A DNA stretch of 64,000 bases, from positions 135,272-199,271 of the forward strand of contig CBDFJJ010000013.1 in NCBI GenBank assembly GCA_965248285.1. The letters are read 5' to 3'. This document shows, in pieces, positions 18,726 to 28,258 of this stretch. Position 1 is the first letter of the stretch, and each line of letters opens with the position of its first letter. The DNA is from Gemmatimonadales bacterium (GTDB lineage Bacteria > Gemmatimonadota > Gemmatimonadetes > Gemmatimonadales > GWC2-71-9). The translations under genes and the position numbers were made by a program. Below the pieces are notes generated by a model, which searched no databases, had not been told where the DNA came from, and saw nothing but the letters and a program-made list of their open reading frames with translations.

Positions 18726-19853
18726 ATGTCGATCCGATCCCGCTTTCCGATTTTCGAAAAGAAGACCTACCTCAACAGCTGCTCCTACGGAGCACTGTCC
18801 ATAGATGTACGTGACGCCTACAACCGCTACCTAGACGATTGGAACGATAACGGCTCGGACTGGGACCGCTGGGTGGGATTCTACGAGTCGGCTCGCGGCG
18901 CCTTCGCTGGACTCATCAATGCCAATCCGGAAGAGGTTGCCGTTACGTTTTGTGCCTCCGACGGTGTCAACGCGATTGCGAGCGCGCTCGACTATTCCGG
19001 GCCACGGAAAAAGATCGTGGTGAGTGATTTTGAGTTTCCTACGGTCGCCCAGATATGGCACGCTCAGGAGCGGCGGGGGGCCGAGGTATTCCACGTACCA
19101 GAGTGTGACGGGCGGATTCCTTTGGAACTCTACGAACAGGCGATCGATGAACAGACGCTCATCGTGTCGATCGCCTCCGTTTGCTACTGGAACGGATCGA
19201 AGCAAGACGTCAGAGCGATTGTGGATCTGGCGCACAGTCGCGGTGCGCTGGTCATGGTCGACGCGTATCAGGGACTGGGTTCTTTTCCGGTTGATGTCAG
19301 GGCTCTCGACGCCGATTTCTTGGTGGGTGGCACTCTGAAATACCTACTGAGTTCCGCCGGAACGGCAATGCTCTACGTTCGCGGTCAGCTCGTCGAGCGG
19401 TTGAAGCCCACCTACTCGGGGTGGTTTGCTCAGCGCGATATCGACGCCATGGATATCTTTGCCAACGACCCGGCGCCATCGGCCAGACGATTCGAGTCAG
19501 GCACTCCACCGGTTGCGAACATCTATGCGGCACTGGCGGGTGTAGCCCTAATTCAGTCCTGGGGACTCGAGACGATCGAGACACACGTGACGAAACTCAC
19601 GCGTGCGTTAAAAGACCGCGTGCGCGAGGAGGGTTTCAAGCTCGCCACTCCTCCAGAGGACGACGCTCACGGTGCGATGATTGCCGTGAAGGTGCGCGAC
19701 GAGCATGCCATAGTTGACCTCCTTGCACGGGATGGTATCATCACGTCAACGCGCCACGGGAACTTGAGGATATCGCCGCATATCTATAACAATCTGGACG
19801 ACATCGAGCGACTTTTCGAGAGCATTGCGCGCTTCCGGCAGTACATGGCGTGA
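18726..19853 (+). CDS. Class-V (fold type I) PLP-dependent aminotransferase / desulfurase-like enzyme
   Basis: 375-aa ORF with N-terminus RFPIFEKKTYLNSCSYGALS and a candidate PLP-lysine region GGTLKYLLSSAG, typical of class-V aminotransferases. Confidence 0.7.
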   Translation: MSIRSRFPIFEKKTYLNSCSYGALSIDVRDAYNRYLDDWNDNGSDWDRWVGFYESARGAFAGLINANPEEVAVTFCASDGVNAIASALDYSGPRKKIVVSDFEFPTVAQIWHAQERRGAEVFHVPECDGRIPLELYEQAIDEQTLIVSIASVCYWNGSKQDVRAIVDLAHSRGALVMVDAYQGLGSFPVDVRALDADFLVGGTLKYLLSSAGTAMLYVRGQLVERLKPTYSGWFAQRDIDAMDIFANDPAPSARRFESGTPPVANIYAALAGVALIQSWGLETIETHVTKLTRALKDRVREEGFKLATPPEDDAHGAMIAVKVRDEHAIVDLLARDGIITSTRHGNLRISPHIYNNLDDIERLFESIARFRQYMA

Positions 19854-19907
19854 TCATCGTGACTTGTACCAGACATGGTGAGAGAAGCTAAATAAGGAGA
19901 GGAAGCC

Positions 19908-20690
19908 ATGGCCGACAGCCTCGCAGCATTATTGGAGGATCTCGCTAGTGGGCGGGTCAGAGTGGTCGACCTGTCTCAACCACTGTCTTCGGACACGCCC
20001 GTCATTCAGTTGCCTCCCGAGTTTGCGGCGTCTCCGCCGTTTTCCATGGAGGAGTTGTCACACTACGACGACCGTGGGCCGGCGTGGTACTGGAGTGCGA
20101 TAAGTTGCGGTGAGCACACGGGTACCCATTTCGATGCCCCGATCCATTGGGTAACCGGCAAGGACTACGCCAATCACAGCACCGACACGATTTCGGCCGA
20201 TCGCTTCCTGGGCCCCGCCTGCGTCATCGACGTCGTCGAGGCCGTGCAACGGGATCCCGACTTTTTGCTTACTCCCGACCACGTGACGTCGTGGGAGAAA
20301 AAGCATGGGCGCATACCCGCCGGGGCGTGGGTACTGCTGCGTACGGACTGGTCAAAGCGCAGTGACCCCGTCGATTTCCTGAACTCGCGCGACGACGGCC
20401 CCCATACGCCGGGGCCGGCTCCGGCGACCGTCAAGCTCCTTGCCGACGAACGCGACGTCCTGGGTTTTGGCAGCGAAACAGTCGGCACCGACGCCGGTCA
20501 GGCTGCCACTTTCGATCCGCCGTTTCCATGCCATACGCTCATGCACGGCGCCAACAAGCTCGGCCTTGCGAGTCTTGCCAACCTGGACAAACTTCCACCG
20601 ACAGGGGCGGTGGTGATTGCGGCACCGCTGAAGATTGTGAACGGGTCAGGCAGCCCGTTGCGGGTGCTGGCATTGGTTCCAGCCGCTTGA
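19908..20690 (+). CDS. Cyclase-family protein (kynurenine formamidase-like)
   Basis: 260-aa ORF behind AAGGAGAGGA, with the HTGTHFDAPIHW motif (H-x-G-T-H-x-D-x-P-x-H) of the putative cyclase / arylformamidase family. Confidence 0.75.
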   Translation: MADSLAALLEDLASGRVRVVDLSQPLSSDTPVIQLPPEFAASPPFSMEELSHYDDRGPAWYWSAISCGEHTGTHFDAPIHWVTGKDYANHSTDTISADRFLGPACVIDVVEAVQRDPDFLLTPDHVTSWEKKHGRIPAGAWVLLRTDWSKRSDPVDFLNSRDDGPHTPGPAPATVKLLADERDVLGFGSETVGTDAGQAATFDPPFPCHTLMHGANKLGLASLANLDKLPPTGAVVIAAPLKIVNGSGSPLRVLALVPAA

Positions 20691-20735
20691 GCACGGGGCT
20701 CAGGAGGCATGTTCGAACGCTAACCGAGGATCGTT

Positions 20736-22877
20736 ATGGCTGAACGATCGTTTGCCAAGGAAGTGCAGTCGCTGCGGCTGGGCAAAGGCGAGATCTTTCA
20801 TGGCGAAGGGATTCTTGCCGTCACTAAGGCGCTGCTCCAGTCGGGTGTTGCCTATGTTGGCGGATACCAAGGTGCGCCCATATCGCATCTGATGGATGTG
20901 TTCGCCGATGCTCACGACATCCTCGAAGAGCTGGGCGTGCATTTCGAGACGTCGGCCAGTGAAGCCTCGGCCGCCGCGATGCTGGCAGCGTCGATAAACT
21001 ATCCCCTGCGCGGTGCCGTAACGTGGAAATCGACGGTCGGCACGAACGTGGCCTCGGATGCACTATCCAACCTGGCATCCGCAGGAGTCCAGGGCGGCGC
21101 GCTGATCGTGCTGGGTGAGGATTACGGGGAGGGCGCGAGTATCATGCAGGAGCGCACTCACGCGTTTGCGATGAAGTCCCAGATATGGCTTCTCGACCCA
21201 AGGCCGAACCTCCCGAGCATGACCCGAGCGGTTGAGCAGGGCTTCGCACTGTCGGAGGCCAGCAACACGCCGGTGATGTTGGAACTGCGCATCCGCGCAT
21301 GCCATGTCTCCGGACACTTCGTAGCGAAGGACAACCAGCGTCCTCCGCTCACCACCCAGGAGGCGCTGAAGCAACCCATCCGCGCCATCGACAAGATCAT
21401 CCTGCCGCCATTTACGTTCTTACAGGAGCAAGATAAGGTAGCGCGACGCTGGCCCGCTGCGATCAACTTCATCATGCAGCAAGGATTGAACGAATTCTTC
21501 GACGGGGCCGAGGGGAGTATTGGAATAATCCTGCAGGGCGGAATGTACAACTCGGTAGTGCGGGCGCTGCAGCTATTGGATCTCTCCGACATTTATGGTA
21601 CCAGCCGCATACCGCTATACGTGCTAAACGTCACCTACCCTCTCGTTGAGGCCGAGGTCACCCGCTTCTGCAGGGGAAAGCGCGCGGTGCTGGTGGTCGA
21701 GGAGGGGCAACCGGATTTCATCGAACAAGCGTTGCATCAATATCTCAACCGGGCCGAGCTGCAAACGAAGGTGGTTGGCAAAGACGTGCTCCCCATGGCC
21801 GGCGAGTACACGGGTGCCGTTGTGCTGGATGGCATCCGCCGGTTTGTCGAGCAGTGGTTGCCCCGCCTGCTTGATCAGAGATCAGCAACGAAGGGACACG
21901 TTGCCCCCGATTCGGAGCTGCAGAAGGCCGTACCACCGAGGCTGCCGGGCCTATGCACGGGATGCCCGGAGCGGCCGCTGTTTACCGCGGTGAAGTTGTT
22001 GGAGAAGGAAGTTGGTCCGGTTCATATCAGCTCCGACATAGGCTGCCATTCGTTTTCTACCCTACCTCCGTTCAACTTGGGCAACTCCATAATGGGTTAT
22101 GGGTTGGGGCCGGCCGCCGCATCGGCTTTCGGAGCAGGGGCATCGAAGGGAAACCGCGCCATGACGATCATGGGTGATGGCGGTTTTTGGCACAACGGAC
22201 TCAGTAGTGGCATCACGAACGCCGTATTCAACGAGGACGACGGAGTAATCATCGTCGTCGACAATAACTATTCGGCGGCAACCGGCGGCCAATACATTCC
22301 GTCGTCCAGAGCCAAGCTCGCTACCCGCACCGCCGGCCGGTCCATTCAGCAGGCGGTTCGAGGCATAGGAGTCAAGTGGGTACGACAAGTCCGGACGTAC
22401 GACATCGCAAAGATGCTCGACACCCTACGGGAGGCTATGACCACGCGGTCACGTGGTCCCAAGATCATCGTGGCCGAGGGTGAGTGCCAACTAAACCGGC
22501 AGCGACGCATCAAGCCAGAGATCGCCAAGATGATCCGTGGTGGCAAGCGGGTGGTCAAGGAGCGATTTGGCGTCGACCATGATACTTGCACCGGAGATCA
22601 CTCCTGCGTACGGCTCTCCGGCTGCCCATCGCTGACCATAAAACCCAACCCTGATCCGTTGCGTGAGGATCCGGTTGCATTCGTGGATAACAGTTGCGTT
22701 GGCTGTGGCGTGTGCGGCTCTGTGGCTCATGCTGCGGTTCTATGTCCTTCCTTCTACAAAGCCGACATCATCGTCAACCCCCATTTGTGGGATCGCTTGA
22801 TCGGATCTCTGCGCAGTGGATTTATCGGTTTCTTGCAACACCGTGCCGACCGCAAACGTGAGGCTCGTGCCTTCTGA
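20736..22877 (+). CDS. iorA: Indolepyruvate:ferredoxin oxidoreductase alpha subunit (TPP-dependent 2-oxoacid oxidoreductase)
   Basis: 713-aa ORF with TPP-binding GDGGFWHNG and ferredoxin-type Cys clusters CTGDHSC and CVGCGVCG. It is followed directly by an IorB-like gene. Confidence 0.85.
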   Translation: MAERSFAKEVQSLRLGKGEIFHGEGILAVTKALLQSGVAYVGGYQGAPISHLMDVFADAHDILEELGVHFETSASEASAAAMLAASINYPLRGAVTWKSTVGTNVASDALSNLASAGVQGGALIVLGEDYGEGASIMQERTHAFAMKSQIWLLDPRPNLPSMTRAVEQGFALSEASNTPVMLELRIRACHVSGHFVAKDNQRPPLTTQEALKQPIRAIDKIILPPFTFLQEQDKVARRWPAAINFIMQQGLNEFFDGAEGSIGIILQGGMYNSVVRALQLLDLSDIYGTSRIPLYVLNVTYPLVEAEVTRFCRGKRAVLVVEEGQPDFIEQALHQYLNRAELQTKVVGKDVLPMAGEYTGAVVLDGIRRFVEQWLPRLLDQRSATKGHVAPDSELQKAVPPRLPGLCTGCPERPLFTAVKLLEKEVGPVHISSDIGCHSFSTLPPFNLGNSIMGYGLGPAAASAFGAGASKGNRAMTIMGDGGFWHNGLSSGITNAVFNEDDGVIIVVDNNYSAATGGQYIPSSRAKLATRTAGRSIQQAVRGIGVKWVRQVRTYDIAKMLDTLREAMTTRSRGPKIIVAEGECQLNRQRRIKPEIAKMIRGGKRVVKERFGVDHDTCTGDHSCVRLSGCPSLTIKPNPDPLREDPVAFVDNSCVGCGVCGSVAHAAVLCPSFYKADIIVNPHLWDRLIGSLRSGFIGFLQHRADRKREARAF

Positions 22878-22942
22878 ACGATCACGCTGCAGATAGTCCC
22901 GCTTCTCCGCACCCCCGCCCGATTAACGTCGTCATAGCTGCA

Positions 22943-24448
22943 ATGGGGGGCCAAGGGGGCGGAGTGCTGTCGAATTGGATTGTCGATGTCGCCGAACACA
23001 CGGGATACATCGCACAGGCCACTTCGGTTCCCGGGGTCGCACAGAGGACCGGCACGACGATCTATTATATCGAGCTGTTTTCCAAACAGGCGGCGGCGGA
23101 GACCGGCCACGATCCCATTCTGGCCCTCATGCCGGTTCCGGGTGAAGTAGATGTCCTCATTGCGGCAGAACTGATTGAAGCCGGCAGAGCAGTAAACCGC
23201 GGGCTTGTCAATCCGCAGCGCACTACGGTCATAGCCTCGTCACATCGAGAATACTCGGTGGCCGAGAAGATGGCGATCGGAAACGGGATCGCGGACGGAG
23301 CCAAAGTACTCGAGTCGGTTGAGAAGGCCGCGCAGAAATGTGTGAGTTTCGACATGGCGAAGCTGGCCGTTTCCAACAAAAGCGTGATCAGTTCGGTACT
23401 GTTCGGCGCGCTGGCAGGTGTTGGTCGATTGCCGTTCGAGCGGCCCGACTATGAAGACGCAATGAAGCGGAGTGGGATAGCTGTGCAGAGTAACATGGCC
23501 GGCTTTGCCGCCGGGTTTGACCAGGTGACCAGCAGGAGAGAGCCCGTACAACCCGAGGCCCCAGATGTGATCCCGAGCGTTCCGACCCATCCGCGAGCCA
23601 AGGCACTAGTGAACCGTATCGCGGAGGGGGTTCCGCAGGCCGCAAGTCCAATGGTCGTCGAAGGAGCACGCCGGCTAGCAGATTATCAGGATATAGCCTA
23701 TGCGGATGCCTACCTCGACCGGCTCGCACAGGTTGTCGCCGTAGATAACGGCGGCTCCGATGGGACCTATCGCCTGACGTCCGAGACGGCTCGCCACCTC
23801 GCACTCTGGATGTCCTACGAAGATGCCATCCGCGTGGCCGACCTGAAGACCCGTAGCGAACGCTTCCACCGATTCCGAGAGGAGGTAGGCGCGGAGCCGG
23901 ATCAGCTGGTGTATGTCGTCGAGTTCATGCACCCGCGAGTAGAAGAGATCTGCGACGTCTTGCCGGCGCCGATCGGTCGGTTCGTGATGCAGAGACGTGG
24001 ACTGCGACGGTTTGTCGACAAGATCGTCAACCATGGTCGACAGGTGCCGACGGCAAAACTCAGCGGTTTCCTGCTGCTGCACTTCATCGCGAGCCTACGG
24101 CGCTTGCGACGTTTCTCGTACCGCTACAAGCGAGAGGCGATGCTCATCGACGGCTGGCTCGAGCGCGTCTTGGCGGCGGCAAAAACTGACTACGAATTCG
24201 CCGTCGAAATCGCCAGGTGCCAGCGGCTCATAAAGGGATACGGTGACACCCATGCCCGCGGAATGAAGAGTTTCAACACGGTCATGGATGCGCTGGATGC
24301 CGTCGGAGCGAGAGAAGATGCGGCCGAAACCGCCCGCCGCCTGGTGGAGGCAGCGATGGCCGATGAGGACGGCGCCGCGCTCGAAGCCGCCCTGAAAAAC
24401 CTCCCCTCAAAGCCTCTGTCAGAGACACACGCCACCGCTGCAGGATAA
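22943..24448 (+). CDS. iorB: Indolepyruvate oxidoreductase beta subunit (long form); true start probably upstream
   Basis: The first ATG at 22943 falls inside the conserved strand-loop INVVIAAMGGQGGG. The in-frame region back to the stop at 22859 holds no ATG/GTG/TTG. CTG 22874 (overlapping the iorA TGA) or ATT 22922 are the only candidates. Confidence 0.75.
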   Translation: MGGQGGGVLSNWIVDVAEHTGYIAQATSVPGVAQRTGTTIYYIELFSKQAAAETGHDPILALMPVPGEVDVLIAAELIEAGRAVNRGLVNPQRTTVIASSHREYSVAEKMAIGNGIADGAKVLESVEKAAQKCVSFDMAKLAVSNKSVISSVLFGALAGVGRLPFERPDYEDAMKRSGIAVQSNMAGFAAGFDQVTSRREPVQPEAPDVIPSVPTHPRAKALVNRIAEGVPQAASPMVVEGARRLADYQDIAYADAYLDRLAQVVAVDNGGSDGTYRLTSETARHLALWMSYEDAIRVADLKTRSERFHRFREEVGAEPDQLVYVVEFMHPRVEEICDVLPAPIGRFVMQRRGLRRFVDKIVNHGRQVPTAKLSGFLLLHFIASLRRLRRFSYRYKREAMLIDGWLERVLAAAKTDYEFAVEIARCQRLIKGYGDTHARGMKSFNTVMDALDAVGAREDAAETARRLVEAAMADEDGAALEAALKNLPSKPLSETHATAAG

Positions 24449-24489
24449 CCTTCCTACTCACCGGATTGGCTTGTGAGCAACAGACCGAA

Positions 24490-24640
24490 ACATCCGCGCT
24501 CATAATCGATCGATTCGCGGCAGCCTTTCCGTTATTCACCGGCATCGGGAACCTCCACACCGCCCGGGTGGTTCTTGCATGTGAAGTATCAGCCGCGGAT
24601 CCGCGTTCATCAATCGATCAGCGGCAATTCATTTCGAAAA
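24490..24640. repeat. Family-2 leader module, two diverged copies upstream of a membrane-protein gene
   Basis: ATCCGCGCTCATAATCGATCGATTCGCGGCAGCCTTTCC (24492 onward) and GCCGCGGATCCGCGTTCATCAATCGATCAGCGGCAATTCATTTCG (24592 onward) resemble the unit of the 15266-15620 array. They end just before the AGAGGA ribosome-binding site of the gene at 24650. Confidence 0.6.
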
Positions 24641-24649
24641 GAGGACATC

Positions 24650-25096
24650 ATGAATGCGAGAAGCATAAAGCTCGGAGCCCTCGGCGGTCTACTGGGGGGT
24701 GTGGTATTTGGAGTGATGATGGGCATGATGGGTATGCTGCCCATGATCGGACAGATGGTTGGACAGCCCAATGCCGTTGCGGGTTTTGCCGTCCACATGA
24801 TCAACAGTGTCATGATCGGTGTCGGTTTCGCGGTCGTGTTCGGCCGTGTTGTGAGCAGCGTTGGTAGCGGGCTGTCCATCGGCTTGCTCTACGGCGGCGT
24901 GTGGTGGTTGCTGGGTCCGCTGACGCTCATGCCGCTCTTCATGGGCATGGGCCTCGGTGTCAATTGGAACTTCGGAGCCGCCCAGGCGATGGCACCGAGT
25001 TTGGTGGGCCACTTCATCTACGGCGCCATCCTCGGCGTGAGCTACCACCTGGTGGGCCAGCGAAGCGCAAGCTACGTAGCGGCGACCGCGAGCTGA
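24650..25096 (+). CDS. Small integral membrane protein (about 4 TM), function unknown
   Basis: ATG at 24650 follows AGAGGA. The Gly/Met-rich hydrophobic segments include GALGGLLGGVVFGVMMGMMGMLPMIG. The ORF-track start at 24575 lies in the repeat. Confidence 0.7.
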   Translation: MNARSIKLGALGGLLGGVVFGVMMGMMGMLPMIGQMVGQPNAVAGFAVHMINSVMIGVGFAVVFGRVVSSVGSGLSIGLLYGGVWWLLGPLTLMPLFMGMGLGVNWNFGAAQAMAPSLVGHFIYGAILGVSYHLVGQRSASYVAATAS

Positions 25097-25099
25097 TCC

Positions 25100-25240
25100 G
25101 TTTATGGCCACGGAATCCACCCAAAAAGGTGACAGGTTTCAGGTGGAAGGTTTCAGGGGTAACCGATCCTGGCAACCAAGACCTGTAACCTGACACCTGT
25201 CACCGGCAACCGGTAACCGGTCACCGTGGATTCCGTGGCC
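25100..25240. repeat. Family-1 palindromic element (copy b, GGTAACC-type interior)
   Basis: GTTTATGGCCACGGAATCCAC ... GTGGATTCCGTGGCC termini. The interior is a GGTGACAGGT/ACCTGTCACC and CCGGTAACCGG palindrome. It lies between two convergent stop codons (25096 and 25246). Confidence 0.8.
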
Positions 25241-25245
25241 GCCCG

Positions 25246-26250
25246 TCATGTCGCCGCCGACGCCGCCGCCGCCGCACCCGCCGCGGCGAGCACCGCCTGT
25301 TGGGCCGCGAGAATCGACTGGACGTCCATCAACACCTTGGTGTGCGACACCGATTCGTCCCGCTGAGTGACGGCGGCGAATTCGAGAAAGGCAATCCCCA
25401 CCGCCAGCCCAAACGTCGTCGGCTTCTCTATCCGCGGCCGTATCTTCGCCAGGTGCTCCCGGATGGCGACGACCCGCTTCACGACCGTGGCCGGCCGCTT
25501 CTCGAGAATCGACAGCATCGCCAGCTCATCCCAGTCGAGCTGGGTGATGCGGACTTTGTGCTCCTTGAAATGGTCCTTGAAGGCCCTCGCGCGGGCGGCT
25601 ACCTCCCGTGGGCTGCCAGGCGCCAGATACATGATGTTGGCCATCGTCTGGAGCGGGTTGCTCCGGGCAAATCCCTGGTGCGTCAGTTCCTCGTAGATGG
25701 CCTCGATGTCCTCGCCGATAGCGCGGGGCGTGCCGGACTGTCCGGTGAGGATGGCGCAGGCCGGAAAATCGTCCGGGCCCGTGAGCCACTTGTGGTGCCG
25801 CTTCATCTCGTCATAGATCGCCTTGAAGCGGTGGATGGTGTGCTGGTCGATGAGCTTGTCTCCGGCCTGCAACCGGAGGATCAGCACCGCCAGGAGTTCG
25901 AACGTGAACGCGCGGTGCAGCTTCTCGTTGCGGAAGAGTTTCCGGACCCGCACCAGCTCCCGCAGAAATTGCGTTGCGGTGTCACCCTTTTGGTACAGGA
26001 TGGCGCCCACGGGGAACTGGACGAGGGGACTGACCGACCAATGCCACTTGGAGCCCTCTTTGAGACCCTTGTTCACCGTGCGGATCCCGCGGGCGACCCG
26101 AATGGCATCGCCCTCACATTGGATGGCCGCCATGGCGGCGTAACGCAGGGGAATGGAACTCCGCCACCAGCGTCGCTCCTTATCAAACGCGGCGTAGATG
26201 GCCTTGAAACGATCGACGAAATAGTTGGAGACGGCGGCACTCGGGCTCAC
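25246..26250 (-). CDS. Helical protein of unknown function (DUF4003-like, tentative)
   Basis: GTG at 26250 lies 7 nt after GGAG and gives a 334-aa product beginning MSPSAAVSNYFVDRFKAIYAAFDKERRWW. The ORF-track start at 26508 reads through repeat copy c. The family name is from memory only. Confidence 0.55.
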   Translation of the reverse strand: MSPSAAVSNYFVDRFKAIYAAFDKERRWWRSSIPLRYAAMAAIQCEGDAIRVARGIRTVNKGLKEGSKWHWSVSPLVQFPVGAILYQKGDTATQFLRELVRVRKLFRNEKLHRAFTFELLAVLILRLQAGDKLIDQHTIHRFKAIYDEMKRHHKWLTGPDDFPACAILTGQSGTPRAIGEDIEAIYEELTHQGFARSNPLQTMANIMYLAPGSPREVAARARAFKDHFKEHKVRITQLDWDELAMLSILEKRPATVVKRVVAIREHLAKIRPRIEKPTTFGLAVGIAFLEFAAVTQRDESVSHTKVLMDVQSILAAQQAVLAAAGAAAAASAAT

Positions 26251-26378
26251 GGCGTTGCTCCGATTGTGGGTAGTTTGAAAAAACTGTCCTTCCGGAAATT
26301 GTGTGGTAAGTGATTGAAAGGACAGGCGCAGTTCCTGTCCTCCTCGGTCGACGATGAGTCCCCCCACGCTACCCCAGA

Positions 26379-26556
26379 TGGCCACGGAAAACACGGAAAG
26401 CACGGAAACCCCGCCCCCCTCCGTGAATTTGGGTCCCCTTCCCCCCACCATGTGGATCGCCAAACGGGGAGTAAAGAAATCCGGCAGGGGTTGGGGGAGG
26501 GGAACCACAATCCGGGTGTGGGGCGGGGTTTCCGTGCTTTCCGTGTTTTCCGTGGC
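26379..26556. repeat. Family-1 palindromic element (copy c)
   Basis: GGCCACGGAAAACACGGAAAGCACGGAAACCCCGCCCC ... GGGGCGGGGTTTCCGTGCTTTCCGTGTTTTCCGTGGC. Its interior is the reverse complement of the interior of copy f (57332-57509). Confidence 0.85.
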
Positions 26557-26642
26557 TATTCGAGAACGCCGCTACAGCCGTTGCGGCTCTTGCCCGTTCC
26601 AACAGCGTTCTTCGCCGCTCTCCGATCTTCCCGAAAATTCCA

Positions 26643-27485
26643 TTAGAAGTGATAAAACAACGACACCTGTGCCATCGCATCCAGCTCCGATTCCTGCAAC
26701 GGAACACTCACGCCGAGGCCCAGGAAAAGTGGACTCCCTCTGCTGGGAGCGATTTTCACTCCCGGGGATACCCGAACGAGCGTCGTACCAGACTCGTCGC
26801 CACTCAGCGCGGTCATACCGTTCAACTCGACCAACGCCTGGAACTTCGGAGACACATGCACGAGCACCGAGGCATTGTACAAAAACTCCGTCTCGACCTC
26901 CTCTCCGTCGTTCTGTGCAAACGGGATCTCAAAGATTGAGAAACCGACGAGTTCCAGCTTCCCCCGCATGTAGCCGATGTTGAGAACGGGAGCGACACTC
27001 CAGATATGATCGTTTCCGATACCGACTGCTTGATCGCCGGTGGGGACTCCGAACTCAACGCCGTACCCGAGCAAGAGTCCTTTGGACTCGAACGCATAGT
27101 TTGCGAACTTGAATAGCACCTTCAGATTTCCGACCCTGGCGTCGCCGGGCGTTCCATCGGGCTGTCGTGCGACGTACGGTAGACCCACCTCGATGCTAAA
27201 CGCACGATGAAACGCGTATTCGGCCTCGAACTCATACTCCCAGGCACGTCCATCAGCTTCCCACTCACGGCCGGTGTTGAGACGTACCTTCGTATCCGGC
27301 GACACCGACTCGGTGAACAGCGGGTGGGAAAAATGAAGACCGTGCGTTGTATCGCCCGCATCGTGGCTGTGATCGGCCTGTGCGTGGCCTTGCCTCGCGA
27401 CCACTGAAGTCACCACCACCATCGCAACGATCTTGGACCATCCAACGCCGTGTCGCACATACGCCTTCACGAAGGCGTTCTGCAT
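26643..27485 (-). CDS. Putative outer-membrane beta-barrel protein with His-rich N-terminal segment
   Basis: 280-aa ORF with a signal-like N-terminus, then QADHSHDAGDTTHGLHFSHP. The body has an alternating beta-strand pattern and the C-terminus LFYHF ends in an aromatic residue, typical of outer-membrane proteins. Confidence 0.55.
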   Translation of the reverse strand: MQNAFVKAYVRHGVGWSKIVAMVVVTSVVARQGHAQADHSHDAGDTTHGLHFSHPLFTESVSPDTKVRLNTGREWEADGRAWEYEFEAEYAFHRAFSIEVGLPYVARQPDGTPGDARVGNLKVLFKFANYAFESKGLLLGYGVEFGVPTGDQAVGIGNDHIWSVAPVLNIGYMRGKLELVGFSIFEIPFAQNDGEEVETEFLYNASVLVHVSPKFQALVELNGMTALSGDESGTTLVRVSPGVKIAPSRGSPLFLGLGVSVPLQESELDAMAQVSLFYHF

Positions 27486-28258
27486 AGTTCATCCTCCACG
27501 TATCGAGCATACACGGGCAGGCGACACGATCGCCGCCCCCGCCCCGGGCACGCAAAATGAGTTACTAGCCTGCTGAAAACGGACTAGGCGTGGAGGGGAG
27601 GCGCTCTGGCCGGAGGATGAACTGCGTAGCCCCGTGGCGGGGGCGGAGCGTGATGGGTTGTGACGGCCACCGGAGTCGAGGGGATCCTCGCGTACGACTG
27701 CGACGGACTTGAGAGTGCCGGCTGGTCTCCGCCAAGTTGACAGGCACCGACACACGAGCACGGACCGCCTGTCGGATTGCCAGACTCTCCGCGAGGCGCA
27801 GACTCGTGGTTTTGGTGAGATGACGTGGGAAGAGACGCGTGCCCGGTATGCCCAGTACGCTCTTGCCCAGGGGAATCCGCGTGGTGCGGGCACGCCCGCA
27901 CACCCTTCCCGACCGTTCCGAGAGAGAATGTCAGAACGGCGAGGGTGCCAACTAGGCGTCGCACACTCCGCAGGGCGGCAGGGGTTCGGGGGTCACGCAT
28001 CTTGGTTCTAAGGTTACAACACCCTGTCGGTAGCAGGAAGTTCCCTAGTGAATTCTTCATATCTGCGAAGGCAGCGTATACGATATGAAGATCTGCCGCA
28101 GGCCGATCTTGCATCGGGTTCTTGACACCGCCTCCGTATCCACCGCACTCTCCTACTCCCCGCGCGGCAGATGCCGGCCCCGCGAACGAGGACAACCCGG
28201 TGCCTAGGATGATGCCAAGGCCACGCAGCGCGTGGGCACACCGCCGGGAGGAGGCAAC

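Noticed and set aside
25246-26508. N-terminal extensions of ORFs that read through repeat elements (also 12080-13279, 13292-15376, 56071-57438, 61543-61614)
   Set aside because: The extensions translate the repeats into periodic nonsense (FRGFRG, SVLSVFSV, FPWFPWFPW). Internal starts with ribosome-binding sites and signal peptides fit better.
27584-28000. 139-aa His/Cys-containing ORF (MRDPRTPAALRSVRRLVGTLAVLTFSL...CPHH...CSCVGAC) upstream of the outer-membrane-protein gene
   Set aside because: A metal-binding partner for the His-rich outer-membrane protein is an attractive idea. However, there is no Shine-Dalgarno sequence, the composition is Pro/Ser/Gly/Arg-rich like spurious high-GC ORFs, and I recognise no family. 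It is kept only as a note.
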